From Candidatus Thorarchaeota archaeon (lineage in GTDB: Archaea; Asgardarchaeota; Thorarchaeia; Thorarchaeales; Thorarchaeaceae), in NCBI GenBank assembly GCA_048884965.1, contig JBHLQH010000021.1, forward strand, positions 1-60,850: 60,850 nt of DNA, read 5' to 3'. The position numbers and the translations under genes were made by a program. The notes under the pieces are model-generated. The model did not search any database, had not been told where the DNA came from, and saw only the letters and a list, made by a program, of their open reading frames with translations. This document shows positions 1-9,180 of this stretch, piece by piece (the stretch's first letter is position 1; each line of letters opens with the position of its first letter).

Positions 1-466
1 TCTGAACAAGCATGCCAGGATATTGCTCGTAAGGATCGCCCCACGGGCGAAAGCCAAATCGTTTCATTAGTTTTTCACTGACTTCTTGACCTACAAGGAT
101 ATTGCAATAGTTTCGTATGCAGCCATGTTCTTTGCCAAATTCAGCGAATTGCATGTACATAGCTGATGCGAGACCACTTCCTCGGCAGACCGGACTAACG
201 GTTTGATGCTCACCAAAGAGACCTTTCTCTGTGATGATAGCTTTGTACAAGCCCACAATCCTTCCTTCAAGCCGGGCACCAAAATAGTGGTAACCAGATC
301 TCATGTCTTCAATAATCTGTTCAGGTGTGTACATGCGTTTCTTACGCCAATCCTCGGGATAGTCCATTGCCAATGGCCAAACCTGTCTGAACAATTGCGA
401 GATTTCCATTGCATCATCTTCAGTGAATTCAATGATGCGAATCTCATCTTCAGGGATAGTGGCCAT
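1..466 (-). CDS. GNAT-family N-acetyltransferase (3' end runs off the window)
   Basis: Hand translation from ATG at 466: MATIPEDEIRIIEFTEDDAMEISQLFRQVW...HQTVSPVCRGSGLASAMY...LMKRFGF; acetyl-CoA motif A (V.P..RG.G.A); open to the window edge; not in the ORF track. Confidence 0.8.
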   Translation of the reverse strand, partial: MATIPEDEIRIIEFTEDDAMEISQLFRQVWPLAMDYPEDWRKKRMYTPEQIIEDMRSGYHYFGARLEGRIVGLYKAIITEKGLFGEHQTVSPVCRGSGLASAMYMQFAEFGKEHGCIRNYCNILVGQEVSEKLMKRFGFRPWGDPYEQYPGMLVQ

Positions 467-527
467 GGTAGTTCAATCATCACATACCGATTCTGCTGAT
501 AAACCTCTGCGTGGTGTAGTCACGCCT

Positions 528-1649
528 TCAGTGAACTGAGGCCCAATCATAGGCTTCCTGAATGGGTGTGCACGCCCCGCATTTGGAACAACCACCGGAT
601 GTTTTCATTGGATTGAGCTGATATTTGAAGAGAGTTCTGCCTAATTCTTTGTAGAATTCAATTGCTTCATCCAAATTTCCAACATAGGACGGGGTGAAAT
701 CAGCGAGTTGGCTTCCTGGAGCAGGACGAATTGGAGTTACAATCGGAAGAATCCCTCTTTGCGCCATGTCCTCACAGAACTTCAGAGTGATATCCCTATC
801 CTCACCAAGACCATAGAGAATGAAGGTTGTGACATCTCCAGGTTTGAAGTATTTTCGAGCGGCATCCCATGTTTTTACATAGAGATCAATCGGTCCGTGT
901 TGATGTTTCCCAGGGCAGACCTCGGCGCGAATTCTATCGTCAGCGCTTTCTATATGGATACCCACCGCATTCACACCAGCTTCAGCCAATCTCTGGAGGT
1001 AGGAATGATCTAAAGGAGGCTCAAATTGCACTGCAATAGGAATTTCGCTTTTCATCCGTATTTCCCGGGCTATCTCAATCATTCTCTCTATACCCATATC
1101 GTCCCCTTCAGAGGTGCCAGTAGTAAGAAGAACGTGTTTTGCGGCTCCTGTTTTCTCTGCTCCCTCGACTACTTCAGCGATTTGTGAGGGCGTCTTTTCC
1201 CTGATAGTCATCCCAGATAGATAACTTGAGGGGATAGTACAGAACTTACATTGTTCACCAGAGGCCCAATATTTACATGATTGCACTACTGTCGTAGCAA
1301 GGCACTCATCACCATGAAGCAGAGCTACTTTTCCATACTCAACACCATCAGATGTTGAGTGGTCGTATAGGTCTGGTTTTGGAACCTCTAGTAGATTATA
1401 CTTCGAGTCATACACCCATCTGTCACCTTCAATGTGTTCCAGTGTTGAAGAGTGGAATTTTGTCGAAGTAGGTTCGGTCCGGATAGGGATTCCACATGGA
1501 CGACCATTGGGTAGATAGAAGTATCTTCCACCTACGGGTCCTGCACCGCCTTTACGACCATGTGAATAGCCTTCAGGCAGGGTAGCTCCTTCCAGAAGAA
1601 GCCTAACCTTTAGGTAGAGTATCTCTTCAGAGTCCATAGATGTTCTCAT
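528..1649 (-). CDS. Radical SAM protein, MSMEG_0568/NitD-like family
   Basis: RKGGAGP near N-terminus; LHGDECLATTVVQSCKYWASGEQCKFC (CX8CX2C); C-terminal GCSKCGAC. Confidence 0.8.
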   Translation of the reverse strand: MRTSMDSEEILYLKVRLLLEGATLPEGYSHGRKGGAGPVGGRYFYLPNGRPCGIPIRTEPTSTKFHSSTLEHIEGDRWVYDSKYNLLEVPKPDLYDHSTSDGVEYGKVALLHGDECLATTVVQSCKYWASGEQCKFCTIPSSYLSGMTIREKTPSQIAEVVEGAEKTGAAKHVLLTTGTSEGDDMGIERMIEIAREIRMKSEIPIAVQFEPPLDHSYLQRLAEAGVNAVGIHIESADDRIRAEVCPGKHQHGPIDLYVKTWDAARKYFKPGDVTTFILYGLGEDRDITLKFCEDMAQRGILPIVTPIRPAPGSQLADFTPSYVGNLDEAIEFYKELGRTLFKYQLNPMKTSGGCSKCGACTPIQEAYDWASVH

Positions 1650-1667
1650 CTCGTTTCTGAAAATAGC

Positions 1668-2789
1668 CTAATCATCTTTCGGATAGTGGCCCTTCATCAT
1701 CCGAAGAACGAATTCGGGTAGGTCTAATACTTCAATGGATTCATCCGATTGTGATTCAAGCATATTCTTGCAAAACGGACATGATGTGATTATAATCTCA
1801 GCCTCAACTTGTTTCGCATCTTGGATACGGGCATTCCCAATCACTCTCGCTTGTTCAGGAAAGAGTGTCCGAAGGCCAGACCCATTGCCACAACAAGTTG
1901 CGTTCTCGCGATTTCGTTCCATTTCAGTAACCTTTACACCAGAGGCTTTCAAAATGACTTCACGAGGAGGGTCGTAGATTCCCGAATGCCTCCCGAGATG
2001 ACAGGGATCATGGAATGTAACACGCTTCCCAACACGGATGCCTGCGCAGGCTGAAACTTTGTCGTTCAGAAGTTGTGAGATGTGCATTAGAGGTTTATTG
2101 AGGATCAACCCATGTTTTGGGTAATCATGAGTAAGTGTCTTGTAGCATCCAGGACAGGTAACAACGATAAGTTCTGCGTCTGCGGCATTCAGGGTCTCGA
2201 CATTATGCTTTGCATGTGCCAATGCTTCATTCACGAATCCAGTTCTGAATAATGGGGAGGCGCAGCACCATTCGTCATCTGGTAGCACCACTTGAAAATC
2301 GAGGGTCTGTAATAATTCCACTGTATCTTCTGCAATGGATTGCTCCCGATAGGCTGCTGTGCATCCAGAGAAGTATACAGCTCTTCTACCCTTGGATTCT
2401 TTCTGAGAGAACCATTTGTTTCGGGATTCGTGTTTCTCGTCATATGGATTATGATGCTTGGAGATTGATTGCTTTAGCTTCTCAAGGGCAGATGGATACC
2501 TTCCTTGTTCAACCAAGCGTTCTCGTGATGTTTCTACAATGGTAGCGATGTCTATCTCAGGAAGACACCAAGTGAGGCAATGACTGCATTGGAGGCATTG
2601 ATAAAGAACTTCGATTGCCCGTTCATCCAACGGTCTTGTTCCAACATTCTCATAATGAAGAAGCATCGCTCGTCCATGAGGCGTGGGAGCATCGGAGCGC
2701 CATGCAAAGAAGGTGGGACAGACATGCCTACACATCTTGGGGCATGAGGCGCACATTCGAATTTGCTCTGAGTACGTCGCATCGTCCAT
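1668..2789 (-). CDS. Fe-S oxidoreductase, GlpC/HdrD-like (2x4Fe-4S plus two CCG domains)
   Basis: CASCPKMCRHVCP, CLQCSHCLTWC, WCCAS, TCPGC, HDPCHLGR, CCGNG, SCPFC. Confidence 0.85.
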   Translation of the reverse strand: MDDATYSEQIRMCASCPKMCRHVCPTFFAWRSDAPTPHGRAMLLHYENVGTRPLDERAIEVLYQCLQCSHCLTWCLPEIDIATIVETSRERLVEQGRYPSALEKLKQSISKHHNPYDEKHESRNKWFSQKESKGRRAVYFSGCTAAYREQSIAEDTVELLQTLDFQVVLPDDEWCCASPLFRTGFVNEALAHAKHNVETLNAADAELIVVTCPGCYKTLTHDYPKHGLILNKPLMHISQLLNDKVSACAGIRVGKRVTFHDPCHLGRHSGIYDPPREVILKASGVKVTEMERNRENATCCGNGSGLRTLFPEQARVIGNARIQDAKQVEAEIIITSCPFCKNMLESQSDESIEVLDLPEFVLRMMKGHYPKDD

Positions 2790-4216
2790 TACTCACGCAC
2801 CCCCATTCCAAGCTTCCCAGGATTCATTATCCCATTCGGATCTAGTGTGATCTTTATCTGCTGCAATACAGGGAATACGGACTCCAACTCATTCTCCGTA
2901 TACGTACTGCGTGTTAGACCAACACCATGTTGATGACTCATGACGCCTCCTTCCTTCAAGCATGCGGATATACCAGCATTCCAGATGCGTGTATAGGTTG
3001 ACCAAGCGGTTTCAGCATCGGGTTGGGAAGAGAAGAAAATCATGTACATACTTCCGCCATGTAGATACATATGTGAGAAATGACAAAGAACAATCGCACC
3101 CTCAGATTCCATTGCCTCTTTCATAGACCGATAGACCCTCTCAAGCCGGTCATAGGTTGCAACAACATCAATGGTATCGCCAATCGAAAATCCAGCAGTG
3201 AGAAATTTCGTTGGATAATACATGTCGTATCGATGCTCCCACCATCTGCTTGAAGGTCCGTCCCCATAGTCTTGAGCGCCGTGTGCCAGACAGATGTTGA
3301 CGGAATCCATCTCATCAAGATCAACTCGTTTTCGAGACCCATCAAAGGCAAGAAGCAGCATGCATGTTTCATCCTCGACCTCAAAATGTGGAGCTATAGA
3401 CATGGCTGTGTCAATCTCATCATACAGCCGAACTATGGAAGGTCTGATTCCCGACCTGAAGATTTCCTTTATTGCATCAAGTCCGCTCGTGACATCAGGA
3501 AAGGACATGCTTCGAAATCGTCGCTCCTCTGGAATAGGAAATAGTTGCAGGGTTGCTGCGGTGATAACACCCAATGTTCCTTCAGATCCAATAAAGAGCT
3601 GTTTCAAATCAGGACCTACAGAATGCCTTGGAACAGCCTTGCATTGAATCACTGATCCGGTGGGTGTTACTACCTCTAGACCCATTGTCATGTCTTCGAT
3701 TTTTCCATAAAGTGAGGACATTGAACCACCTGACCGAGTCGCGATGAAACCACCAATATTTGAGGCTCGCAATGAAGTAGGAGTGTGTCCGGTAGTGTAG
3801 CCAAATCTATTGACATATTCTTCAAGGTCAATACCAACAACACCTGCTTGTACCTTCACTACCATCGAATCATGGTCAATTCCGTAAATAGTATTCATCC
3901 GTTTCAGATCAAGGTGAAGACCACCATATACGGGTACTATTCCACCACAACTACCTGCTCCTCCTCCAACAGGTGTGATTGGAACCTTTAGCTCATTACA
4001 GATTCGTAGAACACTAGCCACTTCTTCAGTTGTGTTTGGAAACGCAACTAGGTCTGGCATTACAAGCAGTTCACCAGCTCTGATTTTTGCGGCGCTCAGA
4101 GGCCAAGCATCAATGGCGTTGAGAAGAGTATCTGTTTCGTGGATAGTGACATGTTCAGATCCAATCACAGCAGATATCCTAGCTGCCGCTTCTTGCTTTG
4201 TCTTCTTGTCAAGCAT
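2789..4216 (-). CDS. FAD-linked oxidoreductase of the VAO/PCMH family, alkyl-dihydroxyacetonephosphate synthase (AGPS)-like
   Basis: PVGGGAGSCGG, GHTPTS, GGFIATRSGG, GPDLKQLFIGSEGTLGVIT, RLYDE, HFSHMYLHGGSMY, SHQHGVG, DPNGIMNPGKL. Confidence 0.75.
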   Translation of the reverse strand: MLDKKTKQEAAARISAVIGSEHVTIHETDTLLNAIDAWPLSAAKIRAGELLVMPDLVAFPNTTEEVASVLRICNELKVPITPVGGGAGSCGGIVPVYGGLHLDLKRMNTIYGIDHDSMVVKVQAGVVGIDLEEYVNRFGYTTGHTPTSLRASNIGGFIATRSGGSMSSLYGKIEDMTMGLEVVTPTGSVIQCKAVPRHSVGPDLKQLFIGSEGTLGVITAATLQLFPIPEERRFRSMSFPDVTSGLDAIKEIFRSGIRPSIVRLYDEIDTAMSIAPHFEVEDETCMLLLAFDGSRKRVDLDEMDSVNICLAHGAQDYGDGPSSRWWEHRYDMYYPTKFLTAGFSIGDTIDVVATYDRLERVYRSMKEAMESEGAIVLCHFSHMYLHGGSMYMIFFSSQPDAETAWSTYTRIWNAGISACLKEGGVMSHQHGVGLTRSTYTENELESVFPVLQQIKITLDPNGIMNPGKLGMGVRE

Positions 4217-4228
4217 TATTTCTCTCTC

Positions 4229-5455
4229 CTAGGCAATTCGTTGAGCAATGAACACGGTCATATCATCAACCTCTATCGCGCTACCTGAACGAAATAGGCT
4301 CTCTTCTAACTGTGCAGTGCAAAGGGGACAAGGAGTGACAACCTTATCCGCTGATGTTTCAATGATGGCATCCACATTTTCCCTCACGACGCCTCGGGCG
4401 ATATCGGGAGAGTGCCTTCCCACTAGACCGCCGCCCCCACAGCAAGAATCATGTGCGCTGGACTCTTTTACCTCAACAAAGGGCATGATATGTAGGATTT
4501 GATGTGCATATTCAAGTACACGTCGAGAAGTATGGCGAATGAGATGGCAGGGGTCATGAACTGTTACTGTTACTGGCTTTGTAGCCTTGTCATTGAAAGC
4601 TTGAGAGAGCGTATCAAATCCTATTTCTTCTGCTAGGAATTCCAGTAGGTGATAGATCGGGATCTTCCAGCCATCACGTTCTGCAACTTCACTCAAATTT
4701 GATGTGCATCCAGCGCAGGTGGTTACGATCTTCTTAACCCCTAGCTCATCAATCTTCTTCTTCAGGACAGAGGATAGCTCAAGGGACTTGTCTTCATCAC
4801 CAATAAGAAGAGCTGGAAGACTACAGCACGTCATTTCGTCAAGAAGAGTGAAACTTACCCCTAATCGATGGAGAATCACTTTTGCAGCCTCCTTGACCTC
4901 CTGTGCTCGCTCCTCTGCTTGACAACCGGGATAAAAGAGAACCTCAGCATTGTTCCGTACAGAGTGCTCGATGTATGGAAGACCAAGACGCTCTAAACGC
5001 ATATCCCGACTCTCAATCTTCTCATCGGGATTCGCCCAAGGCTCAAATGCAAGATTGTGAGCTCGTAGAATCTCATTCTGTTCATGAAGACTCCTTGGTA
5101 CAAGATCTGGGCGCTGAGAGAAGATCCTTCTTCGCATTAAATTAACGATACCGGGGATATTGACATTATTGGGACACACCTCTCGACAGGTTCCACAACC
5201 AGTGCAGAGATAGATCCTATCAACACTCGTCCAGTACTCTGGGGTCGATCGACTCAGCTCAACAGCGATACCTCTAGGTCCTGTGAACCTATCAACTCCG
5301 ACTGCCCTTACAACAGGACAGTGATTCAGGCAAATCCCACAGTTGATGCAGTTCTCAATAGATTTGATTACATCTATCTCATGAGGTGCGAAAGGAAGCA
5401 TACGTTCTTCCTTGAGGGTTCCCTTCACATGATTATATGCTTCTTCTTCACTCAT
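4229..5455 (-). CDS. glpC: Anaerobic glycerol-3-phosphate dehydrogenase subunit C-like Fe-S/CCG protein
   Basis: CINCGICLNHCP, CTGCGTCREVCP, CCG domains; abuts glpB. Confidence 0.75.
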   Translation of the reverse strand: MSEEEAYNHVKGTLKEERMLPFAPHEIDVIKSIENCINCGICLNHCPVVRAVGVDRFTGPRGIAVELSRSTPEYWTSVDRIYLCTGCGTCREVCPNNVNIPGIVNLMRRRIFSQRPDLVPRSLHEQNEILRAHNLAFEPWANPDEKIESRDMRLERLGLPYIEHSVRNNAEVLFYPGCQAEERAQEVKEAAKVILHRLGVSFTLLDEMTCCSLPALLIGDEDKSLELSSVLKKKIDELGVKKIVTTCAGCTSNLSEVAERDGWKIPIYHLLEFLAEEIGFDTLSQAFNDKATKPVTVTVHDPCHLIRHTSRRVLEYAHQILHIMPFVEVKESSAHDSCCGGGGLVGRHSPDIARGVVRENVDAIIETSADKVVTPCPLCTAQLEESLFRSGSAIEVDDMTVFIAQRIA

Positions 5456-6805
5456 TTACTTGCCTCCTCTAACTGAAGCTAACGCTAGCTCCCCACATAC
5501 CTTCCCTGTTGCCAAAGCTACTCCAAGTCCACTTTTCTCAGTAGGATAGTTGTAGCCGCCAAGGACAGATCCTGCACTCCATAGATTTGATGAGAAGATT
5601 GCCCCTGCTGCATCTGTAGGCTGGAATTTAGAGTCAACACCAATTCCGCACTCGAATAATCCATGGCCAGTTGCTTGTACAGACACAATTTGGGTCAGAT
5701 TGCGAGGTCTAGTGTTTTGCACAGGACTGTACTCTCCATCAAGCACGGGAATATTGAATATGCCTTCTTTCAGACCTTTGGCATCCCCATTAATGCCGCC
5801 ACCCACAAACTTTCCTGTGGCAAGAATAACAGTATTGGGATGTATATTGAAAATCCTACGAGGACTTTGAAAAGTGATGTTGATGGTGCGGGATTCTTCA
5901 CACTCATAGCCGATTGCCTCATGCCCCAAGAGCAACGTTCCACCGGCGTTTCTAAGCTCTCCTTCAAGAGACCTCTGCAACCTATGACCAGGAACCGATG
6001 GAGGGAACGACAGAAGCTCGAATATCTCAGCTCCTATTTCCTTCTCTAGTTTCTCCTTGATATGAAAGGGATCCTTCAAGCCAAGAATGGGTGGGATAGC
6101 GACGAGCGATGTGTCGGTTTGCTGTACCTGCTTCGTTAACTCTGTAGCTAGATGTTTGAAGCCCTCCTCAGTTTCAATATATCTGGCGAGCTCGATGGGT
6201 GAGATATTGAATGTCTTCTGGAAAGGTGAGCACTCTATATCGGTGTGCACAATCCTTCGTGGTCCTTCACCCGTTGAAATGACATGATCAGTCATGGATT
6301 TTGCTGCGGCGGAAGAGCTAAAATCCGGAAGTCCCTTAATCCCTGCAAATAGGAGAACCTCATCAGGATTATCCAATCGTTGAGTATACATCGTTTTCTG
6401 AACAAGACAGGTGGGCTTCTTGGTCCCAAGTACCGTGAGTGCCATTATTGTTCTGTCAAGACCGCCAGTTACTGCTGCGGGGGTTCCATCTAGTAGATTT
6501 GAGAACCAAGAAATGGTATCTCTGAACCAAGCATAGTCATCATTCAATTCCATATCACTTAGCAATGCGTATGGATGATAGGGGTATATCTGGGAAAAGG
6601 CGGAGATACCTTCCAAAGGTGACAGAAAGGGCGTCGAAGCACCTCTCAGGTAACCTGCAATGTCGATTGCTCCTGAGGACATAGATGTTGCCCCTTCTCC
6701 CTTACGAACAACAAGGGTTTTTGCGTTCCCTTGCGATGCAGTGATACCTGCAACAAGTCCAGCCATACCTCCACCTATCACTAGGACATCGCAATCATAG
6801 CCCAT
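5456..6805 (-). CDS. glpB: Anaerobic glycerol-3-phosphate dehydrogenase subunit B
   Basis: VIGGGMAG, SSGAIDI, PPSVPGHRL, LATGKFVGGG, AGSVLGGY..EKSGLGVALATG. Confidence 0.9.
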   Translation of the reverse strand: MGYDCDVLVIGGGMAGLVAGITASQGNAKTLVVRKGEGATSMSSGAIDIAGYLRGASTPFLSPLEGISAFSQIYPYHPYALLSDMELNDDYAWFRDTISWFSNLLDGTPAAVTGGLDRTIMALTVLGTKKPTCLVQKTMYTQRLDNPDEVLLFAGIKGLPDFSSSAAAKSMTDHVISTGEGPRRIVHTDIECSPFQKTFNISPIELARYIETEEGFKHLATELTKQVQQTDTSLVAIPPILGLKDPFHIKEKLEKEIGAEIFELLSFPPSVPGHRLQRSLEGELRNAGGTLLLGHEAIGYECEESRTINITFQSPRRIFNIHPNTVILATGKFVGGGINGDAKGLKEGIFNIPVLDGEYSPVQNTRPRNLTQIVSVQATGHGLFECGIGVDSKFQPTDAAGAIFSSNLWSAGSVLGGYNYPTEKSGLGVALATGKVCGELALASVRGGK

Positions 6806-8467
6806 TTAGTTGACCTCCTCCCATGGCTTTGGCTCATACTCAACGTCGGCTTGATCCAGATTAGCGACACATGAGTAGATGCCATGAACCACTTCCTCTT
6901 GTGCAAGCCCAGCGCCTCTTATAGGAGGTCTCTTCCCCTTCCATCGTTCAGAAAGATAATCCATTATGTCGGTTTGCAGTTGAGCTCCGGTTAGCTCCAT
7001 CTCTTCAGCGAGGATAGAAGCTGCTTTGTAGGTGCAGAATGTGCCTTGACAAGGACCAGTACCCAAACGAACTCGACGACGAATGTCATTGAGGGTCTGA
7101 GGGTATTCATGCTGAATCGTATATCGAATCTCTGCTTCCATGACGGGTTCACAAGTACAAATCATTGATTTCCACTCAGGATTCTCACGCGTCATCTCAA
7201 GGATTGTTAAGGACTCTGAACCTCTCCTAACCTTGAGCCGTTCCAGAGCATGAAGCGAGATGCCATACTCCTTAGAGAGAGATAGAACATCAACTTCATC
7301 AGCCATTCCTGGAAGGGGATTCAAATGGGTTTCACATTTCTTCTCAATTCCAAGTTTCGAGCAGATTAGATTGGTGGCTGCTTCAGCCATATGTCTGCAC
7401 ATAACCAACTTCCCGCCGATGAAGGAATAGAAACCTTCAACGCCTTCTTGTTCATGATTGATGATATCATACCCTCTGGTCACTTCCCCTTCTGGCACTT
7501 TCCAGACAGGAGCCATAGGTCGAACCCCTTCCATCGTCCGAATGATTCTGGCATCTCTGATGGAGGGCAGAACAAATTCAAAGCTTTTCAAAAGATACTC
7601 GATCTCATCCTGTGACGCAACCAATTCGTCAGGATTATCCCACGTATCAATCGCAGTTGTTCCAATAAGGGTGGTATTCTCATGTGGGAACATATACACC
7701 CATCGACCATCCACGGCTCGAGTCGATAATCCAACGTTAGTCACCCGTCTATCAAGAATAATATGGGCTCCTTTGTTCAATCTGAGTTCTAGCTTGAGCC
7801 CAGCAAGCTCAGCAATGCTGCTTGCCCAAGGACCAGCGGCACTGATTATCGTTCTGGTCTTGACCGTGATGATTTCAGCAGTTATCCGATTGAAATATGA
7901 TAATCCCTCAATCCGTCCATCTTTGACTAGAATATCAGTGACTTCACAGTATGTACGCACATCAGCTCCATGGATAGCAGCATCTTTTGCCTGCAGGATA
8001 CAAAGTCGGAAGGGATCAATAAAGAACTCCTCAACATAACCACTAGCGAATAGATCTGGATGCAAAGTGGGTTCAATCTTGAAAGAGTCTTCCGGAGTCA
8101 GAATAAGAAAAGGAGGTACGCCTCGTTCCTTGACGCGTTTCTCATACTCTTCCATTCCTTTCCCTCCCGAGCCGATCTCTGTGAAATCCATTAGAGGGAA
8201 AAGGATAGGAAGCTTGGCGACAATATGCTTGGCGATCTTCCGGAAGTGTACAACCTCTTCTGAACACATGTCCATTATATCTGGTTCATGATAGTACTTG
8301 AAACCAGAACTGATCATACCAGCACAGGTGCCAACGGTTGCAGAGGCAATATCATCGCGTTCCAATAGAAGAGTTTTCAGACCGCGCATTGCACAATCAC
8401 GAGCAACAGCTGTTCCAGTGCTACCGCCGCCGATGACAACAACATCGTATTCAGTCAATGCAATCAT
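6806..8467 (-). CDS. glpA: Anaerobic glycerol-3-phosphate dehydrogenase subunit A
   Basis: VIGGGSTG...RDCAMRG, IDPFRL, KGAHI, GVRP, GGKL; C-terminal BFD-like CTCE...RLGTGPCQGTFC. Confidence 0.9.
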   Translation of the reverse strand: MIALTEYDVVVIGGGSTGTAVARDCAMRGLKTLLLERDDIASATVGTCAGMISSGFKYYHEPDIMDMCSEEVVHFRKIAKHIVAKLPILFPLMDFTEIGSGGKGMEEYEKRVKERGVPPFLILTPEDSFKIEPTLHPDLFASGYVEEFFIDPFRLCILQAKDAAIHGADVRTYCEVTDILVKDGRIEGLSYFNRITAEIITVKTRTIISAAGPWASSIAELAGLKLELRLNKGAHIILDRRVTNVGLSTRAVDGRWVYMFPHENTTLIGTTAIDTWDNPDELVASQDEIEYLLKSFEFVLPSIRDARIIRTMEGVRPMAPVWKVPEGEVTRGYDIINHEQEGVEGFYSFIGGKLVMCRHMAEAATNLICSKLGIEKKCETHLNPLPGMADEVDVLSLSKEYGISLHALERLKVRRGSESLTILEMTRENPEWKSMICTCEPVMEAEIRYTIQHEYPQTLNDIRRRVRLGTGPCQGTFCTYKAASILAEEMELTGAQLQTDIMDYLSERWKGKRPPIRGAGLAQEEVVHGIYSCVANLDQADVEYEPKPWEEVN

Positions 8468-8607
8468 TTCTCCATGGATTCACTGCGATGTACTATATTG
8501 CGAAGCAGTACGTATATTGAGCAGTCACCGGGTCAATACAAACGTTTTGGAAACAGTGTTTTAACCTTCAAAGAGTTCATATAGAATAGAGGAGGTTTCA
8601 TCGAAGG

Positions 8608-9180
8608 ATGATGATGAGGGTCAATAGAACGACGAACGGGCTCGCTTTGCTGATTGTTTGCTTCATAGTTAGTTCATCCATATTCTATTTCTTGCCAATA
8701 CCAAGAGAGTATAGCACTGATGAAATAGATGAGTTGAGTATACCAGATCACTTCACTCTCCAACGTAGTATCGTATTCACAGCAAGGTCATTCAATCAGA
8801 CAATCGTGATCGACCTGACATGTTCTGAAGGATATATTGACATCGTCGTCTTGTATCCAAACGAATTCGGCAATTGGTACACGGGCGAGGAGTACTTAGC
8901 ATACTATGAAGCACAGAATACATCTTTGGTTTCAGAAACGTTGGTTATCGATCAACCGATTGTAGGATGGATACAAATCATGATGCTATCTAGCTATGGC
9001 AATGTAAGTCTCACCGGCAGTATAACCGGATATTCAATAGCCTATAATGAACCTCTATCAATGCTTTCTTTTGCTTTGGCGATTCCCTTCGCTATTGCAT
9101 GGATCTGCTATACGATCCACCTGAATAGGACTGACGAAACTATGACGTTAGCTGAATCAGAGATGGCATCTCTTGAATGA
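8608..9180 (+). CDS. Membrane protein: two TM helices flanking a beta-rich domain
   Basis: Hydrophobic N- and C-terminal segments; central IDIVVL..EFGNW..G resembles the repeat in 47410-48714. Confidence 0.65.
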   Translation: MMMRVNRTTNGLALLIVCFIVSSSIFYFLPIPREYSTDEIDELSIPDHFTLQRSIVFTARSFNQTIVIDLTCSEGYIDIVVLYPNEFGNWYTGEEYLAYYEAQNTSLVSETLVIDQPIVGWIQIMMLSSYGNVSLTGSITGYSIAYNEPLSMLSFALAIPFAIAWICYTIHLNRTDETMTLAESEMASLE

